Position numbers and translations under genes: made by a program | From: Desulfotalea psychrophila LSv54 | GTDB taxonomy: Bacteria > Desulfobacterota > Desulfobulbia > Desulfobulbales > Desulfocapsaceae | Assembly (NCBI RefSeq): GCF_000025945.1 | Contig: NC_006138.1 | Span: 1,770,001 to 1,802,000 of the forward strand | Direction of reading: 5' to 3' | DNA length: 32,000 nt | Shown: positions 25,311-32,000 of the stretch, one piece after another | Layout of the letters: the number at the start of each line of letters is the position of its first letter | Position numbering within the stretch: the first letter of the stretch is position 1 | The notes under the pieces: model-generated | What the model saw: the letters and a program-made list of their open reading frames with translations, nothing else | Database searches by the model: none | Told to the model about the DNA's origin: nothing

Positions 25311-26498
25311 ATGGAGTCGTTATTCTCTGCTCGGATTAAAAAAGTTCCCCGTTCTTTCATTCGTGAGATATTAAAAGTTTCCCTTGATCCGGAAATTATT
25401 TCTTTTGCCGGGGGTATTCCTAACCCTGCTCTCTTTCCCCTGAAAGAGTTAGAGGCGGCAACAGCCAAGGTCTTTGCCGAAAAGGGTGCAGCTGCCCTGC
25501 AGTATAGCAATTCCGAGGGCGTCCTGGCTCTTCGTGAGCAGGTTGCCGCCCGCTATCTGCATACCCATGGCTTTCAAATTCCTGTGGAGAATATTCTTAT
25601 TACCTGTGGTTCTCAGCAGGCTCTGGATCTGCTTGGTAAATCTCTCTTGGATGAGGGTGACAGGGTGCTTATTGAGGAGCCTGGTTATCTTGGCGCCATC
25701 CAGTCTCTCTCTCTCTTTCAGCCTCAATTTGTCCCCGTCCCTCTGGCTGGTGATGGTGTTGATACCCGGGCCATGGCGGCGAGACTTGCGGAGGGGGCGG
25801 CCAAGATGTTTTACTGTGTCCCCACCTTTCAGAACCCGTCCGGACTCTCCTATACAGAGTCTGTGGTTAGGGAGGTTGCAGATCTTGCCAGAAAGAATAA
25901 CTTTCTTATTGTCGAGGATAGTCCCTACGGAGAGTTACGTTTTCGCGGAGAGCGTGCCCCCTCTTTTTACCAATTTCTGCCCGAACAGACCGTGTTAATG
26001 GGGACATTTTCTAAGAGTGTTACTCCGGGATTCCGTATTGGTTGGGTTGTGGCTCCGCCTGTTCTGCAGGAGAAGTTGCTTATTGCTAAGCAGGCTGCAG
26101 ACCTGCATACCTCAAATTTTACCCAGATGATTCTGGCCCAGTATCTTGAGGATAATGATCTGGATAAGCATATTGAAAAAATTGTTAAGCTTTATGGGAA
26201 AAACTGCCTGATGATGGAGCAGGTACTTGCCGAGTGCTTTCCCGCTGAGGTGCACTTTACCAAACCGGACGGTGGTATGTTTCTCTGGGGCGAGTTGCCG
26301 GAGGGGATGGAGTCCATGGCCCTTTTTGATTACTGCTTGGCGGAAAAGGTTGTTTTTGTGCCGGGAGAGCCTTTTTATACCAATAATAATCCCACCAGGT
26401 CGTTCAGGTTAAGTTTTTCCTGTGTGAATGAGGCTTCTATTCGTGAGGGTATTGGCCGTTTTGTCCGTGGCTATAATGCCTATGCGGCCAGCCTTTAG
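25311..26498 (+). CDS. PLP-dependent aminotransferase, class I/II (2-aminoadipate/LysN-like)
   Basis: 'LITCGSQQALDLLGKSLLDEGDRVLIEEPGYLGAIQ', 'GTFSKSVTPGFRIGWVVAP' (PLP lysine). Confidence 0.85.
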   Translation: MESLFSARIKKVPRSFIREILKVSLDPEIISFAGGIPNPALFPLKELEAATAKVFAEKGAAALQYSNSEGVLALREQVAARYLHTHGFQIPVENILITCGSQQALDLLGKSLLDEGDRVLIEEPGYLGAIQSLSLFQPQFVPVPLAGDGVDTRAMAARLAEGAAKMFYCVPTFQNPSGLSYTESVVREVADLARKNNFLIVEDSPYGELRFRGERAPSFYQFLPEQTVLMGTFSKSVTPGFRIGWVVAPPVLQEKLLIAKQAADLHTSNFTQMILAQYLEDNDLDKHIEKIVKLYGKNCLMMEQVLAECFPAEVHFTKPDGGMFLWGELPEGMESMALFDYCLAEKVVFVPGEPFYTNNNPTRSFRLSFSCVNEASIREGIGRFVRGYNAYAASL

Positions 26499-26505
26499 TC
26501 TTGCC

Positions 26506-26537
26506 AAAGGGTCGGGAGCCTGGCTCCCGACCCTTTC
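26506..26537. terminator. bidirectional terminator between convergent genes
   Basis: AAAGGGTCGGGAGC-CTG-GCTCCCGACCCTTTC inverted repeat between the convergent aminotransferase and folE2 genes. Confidence 0.8.
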
Positions 26538-26539
26538 GT

Positions 26540-27295
26540 TTACAGGTTCAGGTCTTCACTGTTTACATAGGCATAGGCATTATGTTTATGGATTGATTCG
26601 AAGCTCTCTACGCTGATCGAGAATGCGTGGATCAGTGGATGCTCTCCTGCCCTGACGGCAATCTTTCGTACCACATCTTCGACGAACATGGGGTTGTCGA
26701 AGGCCTTTTCGGTGACATATTTTTCATCGGGTCGTTTGAGGACAGAGTAGACCTGGCAGGAGGCTGATTCTTCAACAAGCTGAATAAGATCTTCCAGCCA
26801 GAGATGTTCCTTCATCTCTACCCTGAAAATAGCCTCGGCCCGTTGGTTGTGGGCGCCGCCATCGCTGATCTCTTTGGAGCATGGACAAAGGGTGGTGACA
26901 GGTACATAGAGGCTGGTGGTAATGCCCGACTCCCCTGTGCTGGCAGAAAAGGTGCAGTTGTATTCCATCAGGCCGCGAAGCTCGCTTACCGGTGCCTTTT
27001 TGCTGACAAAGAAGGGGCAGGAGAGGCTCAGGGTAATTTTTTCAACCCCGATATTTTCCTTGAACTCTTCCAGAAGTCTGTGCCAGCTCTTTGGCTCTAT
27101 CTCTTTAGTGAAGGATGGCAGGAGGCGCTGAACTTCCCCCGAAATATCTCCCTTAAGCGTCTCTTTTATAGTTGCGGTGATCTTACAGCTGGCGATGCTA
27201 TGCTGGAGCTTGCCATCTTTTTGCCCGAGGATGATGGGAATTTCCAGGTCGGCAATACCTACCTTTTGACATATTGTGCTCTGTTTTTTAGACAT
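26540..27295 (-). CDS. folE2: GTP cyclohydrolase FolE2 (MptA/COG1469 family)
   Basis: 'SLSCPFFVSKKAPVS', 'VPVTTLCPCSKEISDGGAHNQRA', 'RPDEKYVTEKAFDNPMFVEDVVR'. Confidence 0.9.
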   Translation of the reverse strand: MSKKQSTICQKVGIADLEIPIILGQKDGKLQHSIASCKITATIKETLKGDISGEVQRLLPSFTKEIEPKSWHRLLEEFKENIGVEKITLSLSCPFFVSKKAPVSELRGLMEYNCTFSASTGESGITTSLYVPVTTLCPCSKEISDGGAHNQRAEAIFRVEMKEHLWLEDLIQLVEESASCQVYSVLKRPDEKYVTEKAFDNPMFVEDVVRKIAVRAGEHPLIHAFSISVESFESIHKHNAYAYVNSEDLNL

Positions 27296-27346
27296 TGTAT
27301 TTTCTGTTCTGAAAGTATTTGCAGATAATAACTCTGTGCAGAGCCG

Positions 27347-28237
27347 TTATCCCTGAAGCTGTTGAGAGTTGCTTACCCCCAGAGAGTCATATATTTCCCG
27401 GGTGGCGGTCGAGGTATTAAGGGTGAAGAACTGTATACCACGCACGTGTTGGTCTATCAGATCTCGTACCTGTTCTGTCGCCCAGTGTATACCAACCTTG
27501 CGTACCATTGTATCATTTTCTGCCCGTTGGACTATTTTTAACAGTTTTGCCGGGATTCTTGCCCCTGCAGCAAGCTCTGCGGTCCGAATCAGCCCCTTTT
27601 TGCTGGCGACGGGCATGATGCCTGCCACAATGGGTACGGTGATTCCTGCCTGTAGGCATCTCTCTGAAAAATCATAGAAGTCATGATTATCATAGAAGAG
27701 TTGGGTGACAATATAGTCAGCACCCTGCTCGACTTTTTGGCGTAGATGCTCAATTTCTTGTAGTCGATTTGGGGTTTCGGGATGGCCTTCCGGAAAACCT
27801 GCTACTCCGACACACATATGCGGGAAGTGTCTCTTTATAAAACCGACAAGATCGGCCGCATAGAGGAAATCATCCACCGTTTCAGCCGCATCATCTGTAG
27901 GTGCTGGTGGATCACCCTTCAGGGCCAGGATGTTGTGGATTCCCGCCTCGTCATAGCGTTTGAGGATGCGCAGTATCTCTGCCCTGCTGGAACCTACGCA
28001 GGTGAGATGGGAGACCACGGTGAGATTTGTCTCTCTTCTTATGCGAAGAACGAGGTCATGGGTCTTCTCCCGGGTAGAGCCTCCTGCCCCGTAGGTTATG
28101 CTGATATAGGATGGGGCCAGGGGGATGAGCTGTTTCAGGGTTTGTAGGAGACGTTCCTCTCCCTCTTTGTTTTTTGGGGGAAAAAACTCAAAGCTGAATG
28201 TTGGTGAATAGTGCTCTAGCAGGTCTCGGACAAGCAT
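27347..28237 (-). CDS. metF: 5,10-methylenetetrahydrofolate reductase
   Basis: 'TFSFEFFPPKNKEGEERL', 'YISITYGAGGSTREKT', 'HLTCVGSS', 'NILALKGDPP', 'GVAGFPEGHPE'. Confidence 0.92.
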   Translation of the reverse strand: MLVRDLLEHYSPTFSFEFFPPKNKEGEERLLQTLKQLIPLAPSYISITYGAGGSTREKTHDLVLRIRRETNLTVVSHLTCVGSSRAEILRILKRYDEAGIHNILALKGDPPAPTDDAAETVDDFLYAADLVGFIKRHFPHMCVGVAGFPEGHPETPNRLQEIEHLRQKVEQGADYIVTQLFYDNHDFYDFSERCLQAGITVPIVAGIMPVASKKGLIRTAELAAGARIPAKLLKIVQRAENDTMVRKVGIHWATEQVRDLIDQHVRGIQFFTLNTSTATREIYDSLGVSNSQQLQG

Positions 28238-28533
28238 TGTGGCTCTCTTGGCTGTGGAGGAAGGCGCTCAGGGAGGCTTGTGCCTCTCTGTCTTTTCTCC
28301 TGGTTTTGTTTTTTTTTGTGAAGGGGGAAGAGGCATACTACCCTGTTTGTTGAGTCTTTCTCAAGGGCATTTTCGCTTGATTTTGCAATAGAGAAAATTT
28401 TTCAAGCGTTTATTGTTATTTCAGTGTATTTTTCCCGCTTCTATGAGCGGGATTAACCTACATTTTTCTGCCTGGCCGGATAGAGGGACGGGCGGTGTTT
28501 ATGTCCCCGTAAAAACGACGAGATAGGTAATCT

Positions 28534-28926
28534 ATGACCAGCGAAGAGGCAAGGATAAGAGTAGATAAATGGCTGTGGGCGGCCCGTTTTTTCAAAACAC
28601 GTTCTCTTGCCTCCGCGGCAGTAAATGGTGGCAAGGTTCATCTGGGTGGCAATCGGGTCAAGGCATCTCGTCCCGTTGGGGTGGGGATGGTGCTTACCAT
28701 CACCCGGGGAGTGGTTGAGTTTGAGGTCACTATTCTTGCTCTTAATCAACAGCGCAGACCGGCGGTTGAGGCCCAACTACTCTATGAGGAAAGTGAGGCA
28801 AGCAGAATCAAAAGGGAGGAGAATCGTGAGTTGCGTAGAGCCCTCAATGTTAGCCACAGTCCTCCTGCGAAAAAACCAAGCAAACGAGATCGACGTAAGA
28901 TAAAAGAGTTTGTTCGCAAAAGTTAG
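28534..28926 (+). CDS. hslR: S4-domain RNA-binding protein, Hsp15-like
   Basis: 'EARIRVDKWLWAARFFKTRSLASAAVNGGKVHLGGNRVKASRPV' S4 motif, basic C-terminus. Confidence 0.8.
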   Translation: MTSEEARIRVDKWLWAARFFKTRSLASAAVNGGKVHLGGNRVKASRPVGVGMVLTITRGVVEFEVTILALNQQRRPAVEAQLLYEESEASRIKREENRELRRALNVSHSPPAKKPSKRDRRKIKEFVRKS

Positions 28927-29012
28927 AGGCACTACTTTATAATATTTTCTCCCACCGATTTCAGGTGGTTTTTACCTGGTGAACCCACCAATATATCTAC
29001 AAGGAGTATACT

Positions 29013-29633
29013 GTGAAGAAAATAGAAAGGGCACTTATTAGTCTTACCGATAAAGCTGGTATAGAAGGCTTTGCAACTGAGTTGGCTGAGCTTGGTGTTG
29101 ATTTACTCTCCACCGGTGGAACTGCAAAAAAATTGCGTGATGCCGGTCTTGATGTAAGGGATGTTTCTGAATTCACAGGTTTTCCTGAAATGCTTGATGG
29201 TCGGGTAAAGACCCTCCATCCCAAGGTGCACGGTGGTATTTTAAATCAGCGTGACAATGAGGAGCACCGTCGACAATGTGCTGATCATGACCTGCAGAAC
29301 ATCGATTTGATTGCAGTAAATCTCTATGCCTTTGCAGAGACCGTGGCAGATCCGGATTGTAGTCTTGCCGATGCCATTGAAAATATTGATATTGGCGGCC
29401 CAACCATGTTGCGGGCAGCGGCTAAAAACTTTAATGATGTCACCGTCATTGTTGACCCGGCAGATTATCCGCAGGTAATTGCTGAGATTAAGGCCACAGG
29501 TAATACCACTCTGAAAACTCGTTTCCGCCTTGCTGCTAAGGTCTTTAAGCTTACCTCCACCTATGATACGGCAATTTCAGCCTGGCTCGATAAGGTAGAT
29601 GTTGAAACCAATAGCTTTTTTGATGGGGAGTAG
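29013..29633 (+). CDS. purH: stand-alone IMP cyclohydrolase (PurH N-terminal domain)
   Basis: '[15 protein letters not shown]', '[15 protein letters not shown]', '[22 protein letters not shown]', '[18 protein letters not shown]'; ORF stops before any AICAR transformylase domain. Confidence 0.88.
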   Translation: MKKIERALISLTDKAGIEGFATELAELGVDLLSTGGTAKKLRDAGLDVRDVSEFTGFPEMLDGRVKTLHPKVHGGILNQRDNEEHRRQCADHDLQNIDLIAVNLYAFAETVADPDCSLADAIENIDIGGPTMLRAAAKNFNDVTVIVDPADYPQVIAEIKATGNTTLKTRFRLAAKVFKLTSTYDTAISAWLDKVDVETNSFFDGE

Positions 29634-29636
29634 GCA

Positions 29637-30218
29637 ATGTTGAAAATGGCGGTTCTTCTTTCTGGTAGTGGTCGTACCCTTGATAATTTCCATGAGCGTA
29701 TAGAGGAAGGTTCTCTGTCGGCCAGTATTGAGGTGGTGATTTCTAATGTCCAGGACGCTCTTGGTTTGACCAAGGCAGAAAATTATGGTTATCCCGCCTA
29801 TTATGGCGTAAATAACGAGGCCATTAATCAAATTATTGCCAATTTTGATGTTGATATTATCTGTCTTGCGGGGTATTTGAAATTATATACGCCGCCTGCC
29901 CGTCTTCAGCGGGCAGTGTTGAATATTCATCCAAGCCTTATACCGGCCTTTTGCGGAGATGGCTTTTATGGGAGTCGGGTACACCGGGCAGTGAAGGCCA
30001 AGGGCTGTACCGTCAGTGGTTGTACCGTCCACTTTGCCAATGAGGTCTATGACGAGGGCCCCATTATTTTGCAAAAGTCCGTGGCCCTTGATTATGATGA
30101 TGAGCCCAGTGATATTGCCTCCAGGGTTTTTGACGCGGAGTGTGAGGCCTTTCCCGAGGCTATTAACCGGGTAGATGAGCTTGGTATCGACTTTTTCTGG
30201 AAGAGGAGCGGAAAATGA
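29637..30218 (+). CDS. purN: phosphoribosylglycinamide formyltransferase
   Basis: 'VLLSGSGRTLDNF', 'CLAGYLKLYTPP', 'LNIHPSLIPAFCGDGFYGSRVHRAV', 'GCTVHFANEVYDEGPIILQK'. Confidence 0.88.
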   Translation: MLKMAVLLSGSGRTLDNFHERIEEGSLSASIEVVISNVQDALGLTKAENYGYPAYYGVNNEAINQIIANFDVDIICLAGYLKLYTPPARLQRAVLNIHPSLIPAFCGDGFYGSRVHRAVKAKGCTVSGCTVHFANEVYDEGPIILQKSVALDYDDEPSDIASRVFDAECEAFPEAINRVDELGIDFFWKRSGK

Positions 30219-30751
30219 GAGAGCAGAAGCGAATTTTGATGCAGGCCCAGGATATTGATATGGCTCTTGAGCGTATCTCTTTGCAAATTCTGGAAAAAAA
30301 CAAAAACAGAGAGCATCTTGCTGTTATTGGGATTCATACCTGTGGTGTCCACCTCGGTCGCCGTATTCATGCCCTGCTCTCCGAAAAACTTGGCCGTAAG
30401 ATTCCCTTTGGTAGTCTCGATATTAATCTGTATCGTGATGACTGGAGTCTTGTCAGTCAAAATCCCGTGGTTAAGACCACCAATCTGCCCTTTGAGGTTG
30501 ATGGTACTACTATTATTCTTGTCGATGATGTGATCTTCTCTGGCAGGACTGTCCGGGCGGGGATGGATGCTATTTTTGATTACGGCAGACCGGCAAGTCT
30601 GCAGTTGGCGACCCTTATTGATCGGGGTGAACGCGAGTTACCCATCTCTCCCGACTATGTGGGAATGGCTACGGAGATACTGCCTCAGGAGCGTATCGAG
30701 GTGGTTGTGGATGGGGAGAACAACTGTATTGAGGTGGTGGTGGAAAGTTAA
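30215..30751 (+). CDS. pyrR: PyrR bifunctional regulator / uracil phosphoribosyltransferase
   Basis: 'IGIHTCGVHLGRRIHALL', PRPP-binding 'IILVDDVIFSGRTVRAGMDAI'; ATGA overlap with purN. Confidence 0.9.
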   Translation: MREQKRILMQAQDIDMALERISLQILEKNKNREHLAVIGIHTCGVHLGRRIHALLSEKLGRKIPFGSLDINLYRDDWSLVSQNPVVKTTNLPFEVDGTTIILVDDVIFSGRTVRAGMDAIFDYGRPASLQLATLIDRGERELPISPDYVGMATEILPQERIEVVVDGENNCIEVVVES

Positions 30752-30780
30752 TTGCATTTTTTTTCCAGGAACCACTTATC

Positions 30781-30820
30781 AATAGCACGACATGTACTAT
30801 AGTGTATGTCGTGCTATTTT
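30781..30820 (+). terminator. perfect 13-bp inverted repeat after pyrR, probable terminator hairpin
   Basis: AATAGCACGACAT-GTACTATAGTGT-ATGTCGTGCTATT followed by TT. Confidence 0.6.
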
Positions 30821-30880
30821 CGTTTAAAAAAACATTTATATAATATGTACGCCTCTGGCGAATAGGAATAGAGATAAATC

Positions 30881-32000
30881 ATGGAGCTTCTTGCGCCTGT
30901 TGGCAATATCCAAAATTTTCACGTAGCCCTCGAGAGTGGTGCCGATGCGGTTTATGTCGGGGCCCCTGGTCTTAATGCCAGGACCTTGGCACGGGATGTC
31001 AGTTTAGAAGAGATCGCGGCAATGATTGAATACTGTCATGACCGGGATAAAAAACTGTATGTTGCTGCAAATAGCCTGGTCCTTGAAAAGGAGCTTGATA
31101 CTGTTATTGATAGCTTGGCTATTCTTGAAGCCCTGAAACCGGATGGTTTGATTGTGCAGGATATGGGCGTTGTCCGTCTTATTCGTGATTATTTTCCCAA
31201 GATTCATATCCACGGTTCTACCCTCACCACTGCCCATAATTCGGACTCCGTTCGTTTTATGGAACGTCTGGGTTGTGACCGGGTTGTGCTTGCTCGTGAG
31301 CTTACCCTGAAAGAGATTGAGACCATTGCTCAAAAAAGAGGGAAGGCTGAACTTGAGGTCTTTATTCATGGCGCCATGTGTTTTTCCTATTCCGGACTCT
31401 GTCTTTTTTCCTCCTATCTTGGCGGTAAGTCAGGTCTTCGTGGTCGTTGTGTTCAACCCTGTCGTCGAGGTTATCGCTTAGGAAGCCAGAAGGCCGTTGC
31501 TCTTGATGGTAAGGGTAGTCGTGGTCCTAAGGGACTCAAGGGACGTGGTGGTCAGAAGCAAAATGTTGCGGGACGTGGTGGATCAAGTAGGTCAGAGTAT
31601 CTCTTTTCCATGAACGATCTCTCCGGTCTTGAGGTTGTCCCTGCCCTGCGTGATATGGGCATTGCCTCACTTAAGATTGAAGGTCGTTTGCGTTCTGCCC
31701 ACTATGTTGAACACATCGTCCGTGCCTATCGTCTGATGATGGATGCAACTCCGGAAAATGTAGAGACGGTACTGCCCGAGGCCCAGAAACTTGCAGAACA
31801 GGCCATGAGCCGTAAGATAAGTCCCGGATATTTTTTATCACCCCAGCCTGCCGAGGCCATAAGCCATCTGCACTCCGGAAATATGGGCCTGCATCTTGGC
31901 CGTTTTACCAAAATTGATGGCGGAGAGAAAGCTCCCAGTGCCCGTTTTCGTCTTAAGGAAAATGTGGGTCTGGGCGATCGTCTCCGTCTCCATATTGAGC
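30881..32000 (+). CDS. U32 family peptidase (truncated at window edge)
   Basis: 'MELLAPVGNIQNFHVALESGADAVYVGA', 'ELEVFIHGAMCFSYSGLCLFSSYLGGKSGLRGRCVQPCRR', 'SLKIEGRLRSAHYV'; open frame to the end of the window. Confidence 0.92.
   Translation, partial: MELLAPVGNIQNFHVALESGADAVYVGAPGLNARTLARDVSLEEIAAMIEYCHDRDKKLYVAANSLVLEKELDTVIDSLAILEALKPDGLIVQDMGVVRLIRDYFPKIHIHGSTLTTAHNSDSVRFMERLGCDRVVLARELTLKEIETIAQKRGKAELEVFIHGAMCFSYSGLCLFSSYLGGKSGLRGRCVQPCRRGYRLGSQKAVALDGKGSRGPKGLKGRGGQKQNVAGRGGSSRSEYLFSMNDLSGLEVVPALRDMGIASLKIEGRLRSAHYVEHIVRAYRLMMDATPENVETVLPEAQKLAEQAMSRKISPGYFLSPQPAEAISHLHSGNMGLHLGRFTKIDGGEKAPSARFRLKENVGLGDRLRLHIE

Noticed and set aside
26804-27328. 174-aa plus-strand ORF antisense to folE2
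   Set aside because: Opposite strand of a motif-rich FolE2 gene; treated as a shadow ORF.

Overview
Coding-dense bacterial window, probably from a deltaproteobacterial (Desulfobulbaceae-like) chromosome; that lineage is inferred from the flavour of the genes only. Positions 1 to about 17.9 kb hold the right-hand part of an integrated tailed prophage. In order it carries: major capsid protein (5' truncated), head-tail genes, tail terminator and tube, tail-assembly chaperone, tape-measure protein, a large repeat-bearing tail protein, tip/fibre-like genes, lysis genes (holin-like, signal-bearing transglycosylase, overlapping Rz/Rz1-like spanins), then an opposite-strand cluster of tyrosine integrase, a 4-TM protein and an ImmA/IrrE-like metallopeptidase. 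The prophage abuts a tRNA-Leu(UAA). The rest is host chromosome: an in-frame YbeY-PdxJ fusion ORF, PhoH, a DsbA-like thioredoxin protein, tRNA-Leu(UAG) with promoter and terminator, a large membrane protein split by a frameshift, an aminotransferase, folE2, metF, an S4/Hsp15-like protein, a stand-alone IMP cyclohydrolase (PurH N-domain), purN, pyrR and a U32 peptidase. Best second-look items: (1) a T TTT TTG -1 slippery heptamer in the tail chaperone ORF with a long overlapping extension frame; (2) the YbeY-PdxJ fusion with an internal Shine-Dalgarno retained in the linker; (3) the integrase-linked 4-TM + ImmA cassette with no visible repressor; (4) the frameshifted large membrane protein; (5) a Gly/Lys/Arg-rich insertion in the U32 peptidase. 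I found no clearly new defence system. The 4-TM/ImmA cassette is the closest candidate and its function is speculative.
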